Positions 33,739-44,212 are shown, counted from the first letter of the stretch. The stretch is DNA of 64,000 bases from an uncultured Syntrophaceae bacterium (GCA_964564625.1 CAZMBE010000004.1:51615-115614); one strand, 5' to 3'. A program made the numbers and translations. Notes: generated from the sequence alone by a model not told the origin.

Positions 33739-35451
33739 ATGCAAGATAATAAAAAGAAAAAATACTTTGTTGTTATTTTGTTATTATGCCTGACGGGCTG
33801 TGCGATCACATCTGCGAACAGAAAAGACATAGATACTACTGCAGGCAAAGAAAGGCCTTCGTTTAACTCAATGTATCATTATTCTCTGGGTGTGCTGAAT
33901 ATTCTCGATGAAAATCTCGATGAAGCGATAAAGGAATATGAACAAGCCCTTATCTTTGATCCACAATCACCGCATTTATCATCTGAACTTATATCTCTCT
34001 ATATTGAAAAAGGTGACATAAAAAAAGCCATCATTCTTTCCGAGAAAACACTGATTGATAATCCTGGCAATATAAATGTCCGTCTCCTTTTAGCGGGACT
34101 TCACCTGAACATGAAAGAATATAACGATGCCATAAGAGAGTATATGAAAGTAACGGAATTGAATCCGAAAAATCCTGTTCCCTATCTCTACCTGGGCACT
34201 ATCTACGCGGAAATCAGGAACTATGAAAAGGCCCTCGATACATTTACAAATTTGATAAGTATGCATCCCGATCATCTGATGGGTCAATATTATCATGCCA
34301 AGGTATTAACCGAGATGAAACGTTATGATGAAGCGGAACAAGGCTTCAAAAAAACACTGGTGATAAAACCTGCGTTTGAACCTGCAGTGATCGATTTAGG
34401 AATTCTCTATGAAAAGAAAAAAAAGGCAGACCAAGCCATTGAAACATATAAAAGTTTTATTAAGCGCCACCCTACCGCAATGAATGTGAGGATAAAGCTG
34501 GGAGAAATCTTTCTCAGGGAAAACAAATCTCTCGACGCAGAAAGAGAATTTAAAGAAGTCCTGAATATAGATAACGGCAACAGAGAAGCGAGATTACATC
34601 TCGGTTTTCTTTACCTGGAAAAGAAACAGTATGAACAGGCTATTAATGAATTATCCATTTTACTACATGGGAATCCCAACGAGCATAGAGCAAGATACTT
34701 ACTTGCCTTGACATACCAAGAAAAGAAGTCTCACGGTCAGGCCATCGAAGAATTCAAGAAGATCCACGTACATACGGAACTTTATGAGAATGCTCAGATT
34801 CAAATCGGGATGATACTGAAAAAGCAGGGGAAGATTGATGATGCCATCGCAGTATTAAAAAATGCTATCAAAAATAACAACAAAATACCGGGGTTTTATG
34901 TGTATCTATCCTCTCTTCACGAGGAAAACAAAAAACTATCCGCAGCAGAGGAAATATTAAAAGAAGGACTTGCATTATCGCCGCAGAGCATTGAGCTTCA
35001 TTATAGCCTTGGTGTCCTCTATGAAAAAACAAACCGTTTTCAGGAAAGTATACACGAAATGGAGGCAGTCTTGAAAATTGACCCGGACAATGCAGAGGCT
35101 CTTAACTTCATAGGGTATACATATGCTGACAGGGGTGTACGACTTGATGAAGCTGAGAAAATGATCAACAAAGCCCTCGATCTGAAACCAGGAAATGCAT
35201 ATATGATTGACAGCTTAGGTTGGGTGCATTTCCGACAAGGCAGAGTGGATATGGCCATCAAATACCTGAAAGAGGCTTTGGATGCCTTGCCGAACGATGC
35301 AACCATCGCCGAGCATTTAGGAGATGCCTACGCAAAGGCGGGCAGGATCAGCGAGGCGATAGAAATTTACAGAAGGGCATTGCAATTGAGCCCTGGTAAT
35401 AAGGATCTGCAAAAAAAGATTGATGGACTCCTCAAAGAAAAAAGGAACTGA
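33739..35451 (+). CDS. TPR-repeat lipoprotein
   Basis: 570 aa. Lipobox LLCLTGCA. Many canonical TPR units (A..Y/F...L...P). Confidence 0.82.
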   Translation: MQDNKKKKYFVVILLLCLTGCAITSANRKDIDTTAGKERPSFNSMYHYSLGVLNILDENLDEAIKEYEQALIFDPQSPHLSSELISLYIEKGDIKKAIILSEKTLIDNPGNINVRLLLAGLHLNMKEYNDAIREYMKVTELNPKNPVPYLYLGTIYAEIRNYEKALDTFTNLISMHPDHLMGQYYHAKVLTEMKRYDEAEQGFKKTLVIKPAFEPAVIDLGILYEKKKKADQAIETYKSFIKRHPTAMNVRIKLGEIFLRENKSLDAEREFKEVLNIDNGNREARLHLGFLYLEKKQYEQAINELSILLHGNPNEHRARYLLALTYQEKKSHGQAIEEFKKIHVHTELYENAQIQIGMILKKQGKIDDAIAVLKNAIKNNNKIPGFYVYLSSLHEENKKLSAAEEILKEGLALSPQSIELHYSLGVLYEKTNRFQESIHEMEAVLKIDPDNAEALNFIGYTYADRGVRLDEAEKMINKALDLKPGNAYMIDSLGWVHFRQGRVDMAIKYLKEALDALPNDATIAEHLGDAYAKAGRISEAIEIYRRALQLSPGNKDLQKKIDGLLKEKRN

Positions 35452-36266
35452 TGCCGAAGCGACTATCCACTCTTTTTTTTATTCTTTCTCTCGTTTTTAT
35501 ATTCCCCGGATGTGCAACACTCAAGGGACCCACAGTCAATCATATTGATAAACGTACCTTCCTCCCTCCCCAGGAGATGCTGGAAAAGATTGACCGAAAC
35601 CATCAGTCTCCTGGCGCGCTAAAGGCTATTGCTCATATTGAAGTGAACACTATTAAAGGCAGGTACCCTCTGAAAGCGGCGGTCATGGTCAAGAGGCCCT
35701 CTTCGTTAAGATTAGAGGTATTGCCTCTCATAGGCCCGCCAGAACTGATCTTGTCCGTTCATCAAAATATCTTGAAGGTGTTTCTGCCACAGAAAGGAGA
35801 ATTCTATATCGGGCAGGCTTTAGGAAAAAATTTAGGACATTTTTTCCCCTTCTCTATAGAGGGGCTTTTGATAGAAGACATAACCTCCCTCTTGTTCGGC
35901 GCACATCCTGAAATAAAAGAAAAATCTCTTACTCTGAAGGATTCACCTGAAGATGGTTTTTATCGTTTGGATATACTTTCTGAACAAAGAAAAATCCAGT
36001 CTCTCTTAATAGATAATGAAAATAGCAAACTTGTGAGAGTCAATCTGTTTGATAACGATAACAGCCTGCGATATAGTATAAAGTTTTTGGGGCATACCAT
36101 GATAGAAAACTTTACTATCCCCGAGAAAATTACGTTCGCCTCCAGCGATGATGCGAATCCATACATCATTATCAGGTACTCGGATACGCAGATAGCAACG
36201 GGAGCCGATGCAGGGTCATTTGATTTACAACCCCCTCTCAACGTTACCACAATCTATTTAGACTAA
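35451..36266 (+). CDS. Outer-membrane lipoprotein, LolB/DUF4292-like
   Basis: 271 aa. Lipobox IFPGCA. The LKAIAHIEVNTIKGRYPLKAAVMVKRPSSLRLEVL pattern resembles LolA/LolB-fold lipoproteins. The start overlaps the stop of the TPR gene. Confidence 0.55.
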   Translation: MPKRLSTLFFILSLVFIFPGCATLKGPTVNHIDKRTFLPPQEMLEKIDRNHQSPGALKAIAHIEVNTIKGRYPLKAAVMVKRPSSLRLEVLPLIGPPELILSVHQNILKVFLPQKGEFYIGQALGKNLGHFFPFSIEGLLIEDITSLLFGAHPEIKEKSLTLKDSPEDGFYRLDILSEQRKIQSLLIDNENSKLVRVNLFDNDNSLRYSIKFLGHTMIENFTIPEKITFASSDDANPYIIIRYSDTQIATGADAGSFDLQPPLNVTTIYLD

Positions 36267-36373
36267 ACCATTTCTGATATCGTGATAATTTCCCGAATTT
36301 CATTCTTACCAATTCAGCACCATTATGCTTACTATTTGCACAACCAAATTTCGCGAACGTTTCTCTAAAAAGT

Positions 36374-36406
36374 GGTGGCGCATGAAAAAGGATCGCCACT
36401 TTTTTT
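36374..36406 (+). terminator. Putative rho-independent terminator
   Basis: Reads GGTGGCG-catgaaaaaggat-CGCCACT followed by TTTTTT. Confidence 0.5.
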
Positions 36407-36460
36407 ATCGAAATCGTCACACAAAATCACCATTCGCACTAAATGGTCCACGTATATGAT

Positions 36461-36497
36461 AAAAAAGCCCCGTGAACGAAATGTTCCGGGGCTTTTT
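36461..36497. terminator. Bidirectional rho-independent terminator between convergent genes
   Basis: Reads AAAAAAGCCCCG-tgaacgaaatgttc-CGGGGCTTTTT. It lies 30 nt beyond the ybgF stop on the minus strand. Confidence 0.7.
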
Positions 36498-36527
36498 ATA
36501 TCATCACAAACTTGCAAATAATTTCTT

Positions 36528-37328
36528 TTACTTGATTTCGACCAATTTCGCCCTTGCTATTCTCGCCTGGTTCGTGTTGGGATATTTTTTTATGATCTGT
36601 TGAAGAATGAGACGCGCGCTTGCTTTGTCACCAAGATTCAAAAAGGAAAGCCCCTGTTTCAGCAAGGCGTACGGAACCTTATTTCCCTTAGGAAAGTTTT
36701 TCACTACCTTTTCATATTCGAGGATTGCCTGTTCATATTTATTCTCAAAGTAATAGCTCTCCCCAACCCAAAATTGGGCATTATCGGAATATTCCGAATC
36801 GGGATACAGCTTCAGGAAGCTTTGAAACTCCGTCCTCGCCTTTTCATACTTTCCCTCTTTAAAAGCTTCGTATGCCGATGCATACGCTGATTCCTTGTCT
36901 ATCTTTCCCTTCTGGCCATTTTTAGAGGATGCCTTTGTCTTTTCTCCCTCTGCGTGATTTTCTTTTTTACCGATGCCAAGAAAGTTTTCTATATAATTTA
37001 TCTTAAATGACAGATTGTCCAGCTTTTCTTTATCCTGATTTGACCGCGCTGCGACGTCCTTCTTTAACCCATCAACAGCCCCTTTCTGACTCTGTATATT
37101 GTCCCTTATTTCCGTAATATCCGCTCGCGCTTCAGCCTGACTTTTTTGTGTAGCTGCGAGAGCTTCGTTCAGTTTATCAATATCCCTTCGAAGACTTGTG
37201 TTTTCTTCTTTCAACGCCAGAATTTTTCTGTCAAGTGCCCCCTGGGTACGACGCAGATCACCGCTGGTGGCACAGCCTACTGTGAATAGGAAACACGCAA
37301 GTAATAGCAAGGGGATAATTTTTTTCAA
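36528..37328 (-). CDS. cpoB: Tol-Pal system protein YbgF/CpoB (coiled coil + TPR)
   Basis: 266 aa. Lipobox/signal, N-terminal coiled coil, and C-terminal TPR region (YEKARTEFQSFLKLYPDSEYSDNAQFWVGESYY...LKQGLSFLNLGDKASARLILQQIIKKYP). Confidence 0.85.
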   Translation of the reverse strand: MKKIIPLLLLACFLFTVGCATSGDLRRTQGALDRKILALKEENTSLRRDIDKLNEALAATQKSQAEARADITEIRDNIQSQKGAVDGLKKDVAARSNQDKEKLDNLSFKINYIENFLGIGKKENHAEGEKTKASSKNGQKGKIDKESAYASAYEAFKEGKYEKARTEFQSFLKLYPDSEYSDNAQFWVGESYYFENKYEQAILEYEKVVKNFPKGNKVPYALLKQGLSFLNLGDKASARLILQQIIKKYPNTNQARIARAKLVEIK

Positions 37329-37358
37329 TTGTTACTTCTCCCGGTCATAACACCCGTG

Positions 37359-37916
37359 TTAAGGCGTGACGACAAAGTGATCTCTCCTGTTTTTTGCCCA
37401 TGCTTCTTCATTCTGCCCCGGATCCAAGGGTTTTTCTTCACCGTAGCTTACGGTTTTCATCCTTTTCTCACTAATACCGAGTCCTTTGAGATACTTCATT
37501 GCCCCTTTTGCGCGTCTTTCGCCCAGGGCGAGGTTGTATTCCGATGTTCCCCTTTCATCACAGTGCCCTTCAATTGTTACATTCTTATCCGCATTTTTGG
37601 CGAGATAATCTGCATGCTGTTTAAGGATTTCTCTTGCTTCCGGTTTGAGGTTGAATTTATCAAAATCAAAATTAATATCCTTGAACATTTCTGCCGGAGC
37701 AGCCTTCTCTCGTACTGCCCCCTCCTCTACTTTCGCCACTTCTTGCCTGGGAGATTCCTTCAGCACTTCTTTTGTGGTCTCAGCCACTGCCGCTTTTTGT
37801 TCACCCGCAACCGGTTGTTCTTTAACTACCGACTTTTTTGCACACCCGGTCGTCATCATAATCGAAAAGCATAAAATCAATCCGATGATACCTATTAATA
37901 CAAAACTCTTTTTCAT
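37359..37916 (-). CDS. pal: Peptidoglycan-associated lipoprotein Pal (OmpA-C domain)
   Basis: 185 aa. Lipobox MTTGCA. Contains NVTIEGHCDERGTSEYNLALGERRAKGAMKYL. Confidence 0.93.
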   Translation of the reverse strand: MKKSFVLIGIIGLILCFSIMMTTGCAKKSVVKEQPVAGEQKAAVAETTKEVLKESPRQEVAKVEEGAVREKAAPAEMFKDINFDFDKFNLKPEAREILKQHADYLAKNADKNVTIEGHCDERGTSEYNLALGERRAKGAMKYLKGLGISEKRMKTVSYGEEKPLDPGQNEEAWAKNRRDHFVVTP

Positions 37917-38144
37917 CCTATACCCTCCTCCTTCAGTTGTTTAAAATTATTTGATGGGAATAATTACTGGTTTTCTAAACCCAAACCCATGGAAAGTCAA
38001 CTATAAAAATTAGAATCTTTATGGTTGCAACATAAATATAATTACTTAAAGTTCAGTCTACTCATCAGCATCGGTGTTCTTATCCTTTTCTTCAGTACAC
38101 CATCCGATACAACTCACTCTCTGTTATCTACCTAATCGTTTAAG

Positions 38145-39476
38145 TCATTTTAAACGCGGAGACCAGGAAGTACTCATACATCCATTGATAGTTTCATACA
38201 ATATTCTTAAGTTTGACCCATTCGCATTGATCACAGAGATTCTGCTTTTGCCGTGTCCCCTGGAACTAAAGACAAGGTATCTACCGTCCGGAGACCAGGA
38301 CGGAGTTTCATGATCCGCATTATCGGCAGTATGTTTCACAACATTGCGGCCATCCTCATCGATGGAAAATATCTGGAAACGGCCATTGGCCAAACCTTCG
38401 TACGCAATTCTGTTACCCTTTGGAGACCAGGAAGGGGAAGTATTATAATTTCCTTCATACGTGAGTCTTCTTATATTACTTCCATCAGTATCCATGATGT
38501 AAATTTGCGGGGATCCGGAACGGTTCGAAACAAAAGCTATTTTTTGATTATCTGGCGACCAGGAAGGGGAAATGTCGATAGCATAACTATTGGTAAGACG
38601 TGTAATATTTCTGCTATTAATGTCCATCATGTAGAGGTTTTCGCTTCCATCCTTGCTCAGGGTAAGCAATAGCCTCTTGCTGTCCCGTGACCAGGAGCCG
38701 GCCAAGTTTATCCCTTCAAAATTTGCCATCTTTACCGCTGTGGCGGCATTCACGGCCTTTATATATAAATCAGGTTTCCCGTCCTTATAGGAGGTAAATG
38801 AAATATATTTACCGTCCGGTGACCAGCGGGGTGATAAGGTAATGGCCTGATGCTTGGTTATTCTGGCGAGATCAGTGCCGTCGAAGTTAATCGTATAGAT
38901 ATCGGACCCTCGACCCTTCTTCAGGGCAAACGCGATTTTAGTATTAAATACTCCTTCATCCCCTGTCAGGGCATAGAGAATTTCATTGGCAAACTTGCGC
39001 ACCATCACGTTTTTATCTTCCATTTTTCCTGTGTATCGTTTTGCAGAAATGACATCTCCCTTGACAACATCAAATAGATAAAAATCCGTGATAAGTTCCC
39101 CACCCCTATCCTGAAATGTCCCCTTTACCAAGTAATCCGCGCCGATGACCGTCCAGTCAGCAAATCTGATGCTCCCTGGAGACACACCTGTCTGTTTTGA
39201 ATCTTCGAGAAATGCTTTTTTACTAATCACGTTAAAGAATCCCGTAATTTCTAAATATTTTCCCAGGGTATCGGAAAACCAGTTGGACAGATCTCCATGA
39301 GAGCTGGCCCCGCTCATCTTTTTAAAATCTGTTATGGCAATGGGGAATTTGTGAAACGTGGGGGAATCTATATCTATATATACCTTGCCGTAGGCACAAT
39401 ATTCCTGAGAAACAATGAGCATCGCACATACTATGCATAAGAGTAATTTTAATGATCTCATTTTACAATACTTCAT
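38145..39476 (-). CDS. tolB: Tol-Pal system beta-propeller protein TolB
   Basis: 443 aa. Repeated SPxWSPDG blades (SPRWSPDGKYI, SPSWSPDNQKIAF, SPSWSPKGNRIAY, TPSWSPDGRYLVF). Confidence 0.94.
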   Translation of the reverse strand: MKYCKMRSLKLLLCIVCAMLIVSQEYCAYGKVYIDIDSPTFHKFPIAITDFKKMSGASSHGDLSNWFSDTLGKYLEITGFFNVISKKAFLEDSKQTGVSPGSIRFADWTVIGADYLVKGTFQDRGGELITDFYLFDVVKGDVISAKRYTGKMEDKNVMVRKFANEILYALTGDEGVFNTKIAFALKKGRGSDIYTINFDGTDLARITKHQAITLSPRWSPDGKYISFTSYKDGKPDLYIKAVNAATAVKMANFEGINLAGSWSRDSKRLLLTLSKDGSENLYMMDINSRNITRLTNSYAIDISPSWSPDNQKIAFVSNRSGSPQIYIMDTDGSNIRRLTYEGNYNTSPSWSPKGNRIAYEGLANGRFQIFSIDEDGRNVVKHTADNADHETPSWSPDGRYLVFSSRGHGKSRISVINANGSNLRILYETINGCMSTSWSPRLK

Positions 39477-39512
39477 TATGACTAACCCCCTATCACGCCC
39501 GAGGCAAGTGCG

Positions 39513-40202
39513 TTACCTAAGTTCCGCAGAATGAAACCTGATGCCCACTTCGATACTGCTGTCTCTCATCCATGCCGGCAAGGGAGGGAACGGGCTCGCC
39601 TTTTTGATAGCCTTCATGGCGGACTCATCAAAATATCTATTACCGGAATGTTTTTCAAAGCTCACATTTGTAACTGTACCATTTTTTAATATCCTTGTAT
39701 GTATAATTGCTTCAATATTTCCCCTCGGTAAAATGCCCGGCGGGAGCGCCCATTGCCCTTTTATCCTGGACCAGATTAACGCATAATACGCATTTATCTT
39801 CGCGCTGGATTCCTGCTCACCCGCCTGTCCCGATGTTGACGTCGAGGTATCCGTCCTTTTCCTAATATCTTCGATTGCTTTATCCACACTGGTGATCTGC
39901 TGTTGTGGCCTATCTATTCTCCTTATGGGAACAGATGCTTCTGTGTGTTTCCTTAAAAAACGGTCGCTGGGAATAGTTTGTTGTATTTCTTGTGCAATCG
40001 CTGATGTCGTTTTCTTTCCCTGAAATTCCATAGAAGAACTGACAAGAGATACTGTGTAGACAGGACCGAATGTCCATCTTGGAGAGGGGAGGAGGGGTAA
40101 AGAAAAAATGATCACCAGTACAAAGGCATGAAGCAACAGCGAAACATATATCATTTTATTGAGGCTGTTGTCATAATCCCGCGTCATCCTGCGAAATGTC
40201 AT
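39513..40202 (-). CDS. tolA: TolA-like protein (TM anchor + TonB_C-type C-terminal domain)
   Basis: 229 aa with an N-terminal TM segment. The C-terminus (YYALIWSRIKGQWALP...NGTVTNVSFEKHSGNRYFDESAMKAIKKASPFPPLP) is TonB/TolA C-domain-like. Sits between tolR and tolB. Confidence 0.72.
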   Translation of the reverse strand: MTFRRMTRDYDNSLNKMIYVSLLLHAFVLVIIFSLPLLPSPRWTFGPVYTVSLVSSSMEFQGKKTTSAIAQEIQQTIPSDRFLRKHTEASVPIRRIDRPQQQITSVDKAIEDIRKRTDTSTSTSGQAGEQESSAKINAYYALIWSRIKGQWALPPGILPRGNIEAIIHTRILKNGTVTNVSFEKHSGNRYFDESAMKAIKKASPFPPLPAWMRDSSIEVGIRFHSAELR

Positions 40203-40621
40203 CTTGATTCCTCTGGTGGTTCTGTGATCATTCCGAGCTTGTCAACACCGGCTTTTCTCACCGCAGACATCACTTCAACCACAAACCCATAAGGAACATT
40301 CTTGTCAGCCCGCATGAAAATCTCTCTGTCTATCCTGTGCGCAAATATGCTTTCCAGCTTTGCACCAAGGTCGGCAATAGAAGTCTTATTCTTGTTAATG
40401 AATATCTCTTTCCCACCGTTAATAGTCAGAACAAGTTTTTCCTCAGTCACATCTATGCTTTTTGATTTAACACGAGGAAGGTTCACATCTATACCCATCT
40501 GAAGCATTGGGGCCGTCACCATGAAGATTATTAATAACACCAGAACGACATCGACAAGAGGGGTGACATTGATTTCAGCTAAAAGCCGACTTCCACTATT
40601 ACGTTTTTTAACAGACCTCAT
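40199..40621 (-). CDS. tolR: Tol-Pal system protein TolR (ExbD family)
   Basis: 140 aa. Contains EINVTPLVDVVLVLLIIFMVTAP. Confidence 0.88.
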   Translation of the reverse strand: MRSVKKRNSGSRLLAEINVTPLVDVVLVLLIIFMVTAPMLQMGIDVNLPRVKSKSIDVTEEKLVLTINGGKEIFINKNKTSIADLGAKLESIFAHRIDREIFMRADKNVPYGFVVEVMSAVRKAGVDKLGMITEPPEESR

Positions 40622-40629
40622 ACAACCCT

Positions 40630-41382
40630 CTATTTTTTTACATAGTAGCGTTCAATAATATTTAAGACTTCGGAAGCGAAGTTATCCATTTCCCCAGACA
40701 TATCCTTGACCTTATTGAGGTAATAATTATAAAAAATGACAGCAGGAATGGCGGCGGCAAGGCCTGCTGCTGTAGCAATAAGTGCCTCTGAAATACCGGG
40801 TGCCACAACAGCGAGGGTTGCTGAACCCCGTGTACCGATACTCCTGAAAGTATCCATGATACCCCATACAGTTCCAAACAGACCGATAAACGGTGAAGCA
40901 CTTCCGGTGGTTGCCAGAAAACTAAGGGTGCTTTCAAGCTTTGTTGCTTCAGCGCTGCACGCCCTGTTTAAAGCCCTCTCGATATTATCGATGCCTTTCA
41001 TCTCAAAGGTCGGAAGCGCTGATTCATCGGTTTCTTTCACAGGGGTTGCCCCTCTAATAACCTTGGTAATCTTGACCAGTTCAGCATAGCCTGCCTGAAA
41101 TACTTCGGCAATATTCGAATGCTTATATTTTTTCGACTCGGGAAAAATATCAGAGAGTTTATTACTTTTCATATAGACGTCTAAAAAAAGATCATTTTCT
41201 TTCTTTACTTTTTTAATGCTCCTATATTTCATGAAAATAATGGCCCACGATACAACTGAAAAGATAAGAAGTAACAGTAAAACAAACTGTACCATTACTC
41301 CTGCACTAAGGATCATGTTAAAAAGACTGCCATGGAACTGTCCTCCAAGGCTTGCGGCGGTAACAGACGAAATCTCTTTCAC
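40630..41382 (-). CDS. tolQ: Tol-Pal system protein TolQ (MotA/ExbB family)
   Basis: 250 aa. Contains LATTGSASPFIGLFGTVWGIM...VAPGISEALIATAAGLAAAIPAV. Confidence 0.9.
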   Translation of the reverse strand: MKEISSVTAASLGGQFHGSLFNMILSAGVMVQFVLLLLLIFSVVSWAIIFMKYRSIKKVKKENDLFLDVYMKSNKLSDIFPESKKYKHSNIAEVFQAGYAELVKITKVIRGATPVKETDESALPTFEMKGIDNIERALNRACSAEATKLESTLSFLATTGSASPFIGLFGTVWGIMDTFRSIGTRGSATLAVVAPGISEALIATAAGLAAAIPAVIFYNYYLNKVKDMSGEMDNFASEVLNIIERYYVKK

Positions 41383-41543
41383 TTCATTTTCTCCTCAAGC
41401 AATTTTTTAACGGCACTACCTGTAATGGAAAACAATATCTTTGTCAACAGATTTGGCCAATGTGCCCTTACGACAGGTTTTCCAAAACTAATCAAGTTCC
41501 CGAGCGTCCTGTCCGACCCAAAATTAAAAAAACACAGCAGATA

Positions 41544-42467
41544 TCACCCACGCTCTGGAGTAAACGCAACAACGTCATCAATTACAGACGTGTTATTAAA
41601 AATCATCGCTAATCTATCCACACCAAGGGCAATACCCGCCGCTTCCGGCATATGAGCAATGTCGTGCAGAAAATAATCTGATAGAGGATACATCGGCTTA
41701 TTCATGGAATACCGATATTGCTGTACCTTTTCTATCCTTACCTGATGTTCCTTCATATCCGTAAGTTCTGAACATGCATTTGCTATTTCTATTCCTCCCA
41801 TATACAGTTCGAATCGTTCGGCTATATCCGGCTCTCCTTCTTTAGCCTTTGCGAGGGTTGCCCCCGAAACAGGATAGTCATAGATAAAGGTAGGGTGCTC
41901 TATCCCTAAGTGAGGTTCGATATGGCTGACCATAATCTCATCGAACAAGTCTTCTTTTACCGCTTCATCCATTTGTATGGGTGCAAAGCAGGTAAAGGCG
42001 TCTCGGACCGATATCGTCTCCCATGGCTTCTTTACATTCAATGTCTTGTTCTGGTAATGAATCTCATTTCCGTACCCAAGATTATGGACAATTGAAATAA
42101 TCAAATTCTCACATTCCTTCATTAACAGACGATAGTCCATACCATGGCAATACCACTCCAGCATTGTAAACTCAGGGAGGTGGAACGCACCTCGTTCACC
42201 TGCACGGAAACACTTACAGATTTGGAATATTTTTGGATAGCCAGCAGCAAGAAGTCTCTTCATGTGGAGTTCCGGCGATGTATGCAAAAACAAATCACCA
42301 CACGGGATGGCATCAATATGAGGCTCCGGAATTGGTGCCGTAATCATAGAAGGGGTTTCTACTTCCAAATAACCCTTGCTGATAAAGAAATCCCGTATGG
42401 CACAAATCATTCTGGCACGTATGTGTAATGCGGCCTGGTTTTTCGTCAGCCTCCAATTATCTCTCAT
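41544..42467 (-). CDS. epmA: EF-P lysine beta-lysyltransferase EpmA (PoxA/GenX, class II LysRS paralog)
   Basis: Class II aaRS core without an anticodon domain (IRDFFISKGYLEVETPS, FRAGERGAFHLPEFTMLEWY, GIALGVDRLAMI). The ATG at 42467 (MRDNWRL...) is preferred because it follows the efp stop. The track ORF starts at 42518, inside efp. Confidence 0.85.
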   Translation of the reverse strand: MRDNWRLTKNQAALHIRARMICAIRDFFISKGYLEVETPSMITAPIPEPHIDAIPCGDLFLHTSPELHMKRLLAAGYPKIFQICKCFRAGERGAFHLPEFTMLEWYCHGMDYRLLMKECENLIISIVHNLGYGNEIHYQNKTLNVKKPWETISVRDAFTCFAPIQMDEAVKEDLFDEIMVSHIEPHLGIEHPTFIYDYPVSGATLAKAKEGEPDIAERFELYMGGIEIANACSELTDMKEHQVRIEKVQQYRYSMNKPMYPLSDYFLHDIAHMPEAAGIALGVDRLAMIFNNTSVIDDVVAFTPERG

Positions 42468-42474
42468 GGGGAGC

Positions 42475-43038
42475 TTATCCCTTGACCCTTGTAAGATATT
42501 CACCGCTGCGTGTATCAACTCTGATTTTTTCCCCCTCTTCGATAAAAGGAGGCACCTGAATCTGATAACCTGTCTGCAGGGTTACCGGCTTTGTTTTACC
42601 CGATACAGAATCTCCCTTGGCCCACGGCTCGGCTTTTACAACGATTAGGTCAACAAAATTTGGCGGTGTAACTCCCAGGGGCCTGTCTTCAAAAAAAAGG
42701 ATTTCTACTTCCAGGTTGTCAATAAAAAAATTTTTTGCTTCCCCTACCTGTTCTTCGGTGAGAAATACCTGCTCATAACTTTCATTATCCATAAAACAGT
42801 ATTTTCCTTCTTCTTTGTAGAGGTATTGCATCTTTTTTTCCTGGAGGTCTGCGGGTTCGAAGGTATCCACGGAACGGAACGTCCGCTCAAACTGAGCTCC
42901 CGTGATCATATTACGCAGCTTAGACCGGTACAGCGCCTGTCCCTTTCCTGGTTTTACAAAGTTAAATTCCGTTATGATATACGGTTCATTGTCAATCTTG
43001 ATCCTTAAGCCTTTCTTCAAATCACTTGCACTATACAT
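42475..43038 (-). CDS. efp: Translation elongation factor P
   Basis: 187 aa. Contains DLKKGLRIKIDNEPYIITEFNFVKPGKGQALYRSKLRN. The modifiable lysine loop KPGKGQA is present (Lys32). Confidence 0.96.
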   Translation of the reverse strand: MYSASDLKKGLRIKIDNEPYIITEFNFVKPGKGQALYRSKLRNMITGAQFERTFRSVDTFEPADLQEKKMQYLYKEEGKYCFMDNESYEQVFLTEEQVGEAKNFFIDNLEVEILFFEDRPLGVTPPNFVDLIVVKAEPWAKGDSVSGKTKPVTLQTGYQIQVPPFIEEGEKIRVDTRSGEYLTRVKG

Positions 43039-43096
43039 GCTGCTTTCGTTCTCCTTTCATCCTGACAGATTCTCACGGTTCGTATCCCCGGGTTCC

Positions 43097-44212
43097 TTAA
43101 TTCACATCTCTCTTCTTGTCAAAAAAATATTCATTTGTCGTAAGGCTTTTTGCTAAAAAATCAGAAAACGGATAGAGGGGACACTTCCCCTTACCCCCCG
43201 GTACGTCACATACATACTGTGGCAAGCACAGTCCTGATACATTTCTCCACAGTTTATCCATTATTTTTACCCCCGACTGCATATCAGTGCGGAAATGATC
43301 TGCACCTTTTACCGGATCACATTGGAATAAATAATAAGGCCTTACAGATATCCTTTGCAAACCATAATAAAGATCACGCATCGTCTCAAAATTATCATTG
43401 ACACCTCGAAGCAACACAGACTGGTTTGAAACGGGAATTCCCGCCTCAAGCAGCATTTCACAGGCCCTTGCCGCCTCCGGGGTAATCTCATGGGGATGAT
43501 TGAATTGGGTATTGAACCAGAGCGGGCGGTGTTTATGCAATATGAAACACAGTTGCCTGGTAATTCTCATGGGCATTGTTACAGGGACACGGCTTCCTAC
43601 ACGCAGTACCTCTACATGGGAAATAGCACGCAAAGATCCAAGAAACCAGTCAAGGGTAGCTTCATCTACGGTTAAAGGATCACCTCCGGAAACAATAACT
43701 TCCCGAATGTCCGGCGTCTTGGACACGTAATCGATCATTCGCATGAGATATGCTGCGTTATCCCCTGCTATTTTTTTCTTCCACATACGTTTGCGATTAC
43801 AATGCCGACAGTATGTTGCACATGTGTTCGTAATGATCACGACACAACGATCAGGATACCGGTGTATCAGCCCCGGAACGGGCATGTCCCGAACCTCCTC
43901 CAAAGGGTCATCTACCCCGCCGCGTGAAAATTCTATTTCCCTACGATCAAGGAAACACTGAAGTGCAATGGGATCATTTTCATCTGCCATATTCACCAAG
44001 GAAAAATAAAACGGGGTAATACAAAGGGGATAATACCTCACCACTTTTGTATATTCTTTTAGAACAGCCGGATTCATGCGGAGAACTCTGGCAAATTGAG
44101 GAACGGTCCGTATACGATTCTTATACTGCCATTGCCAGTCGTACCAGTCTTTCGACGACACACAAGCCCACAATTTGGCAGAAACATTGCTGTGTATTGA
44201 TTTCATCTGCAC
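43097..44212 (-). CDS. epmB: EF-P beta-lysylation protein EpmB (lysine 2,3-aminomutase family, radical SAM)
   Basis: 371 aa. Radical-SAM cluster motif CATYCRHCNRK. KamA-family motifs (VIVSGGDPLT, QSVLLRGVND). Confidence 0.85.
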   Translation of the reverse strand: MQMKSIHSNVSAKLWACVSSKDWYDWQWQYKNRIRTVPQFARVLRMNPAVLKEYTKVVRYYPLCITPFYFSLVNMADENDPIALQCFLDRREIEFSRGGVDDPLEEVRDMPVPGLIHRYPDRCVVIITNTCATYCRHCNRKRMWKKKIAGDNAAYLMRMIDYVSKTPDIREVIVSGGDPLTVDEATLDWFLGSLRAISHVEVLRVGSRVPVTMPMRITRQLCFILHKHRPLWFNTQFNHPHEITPEAARACEMLLEAGIPVSNQSVLLRGVNDNFETMRDLYYGLQRISVRPYYLFQCDPVKGADHFRTDMQSGVKIMDKLWRNVSGLCLPQYVCDVPGGKGKCPLYPFSDFLAKSLTTNEYFFDKKRDVN

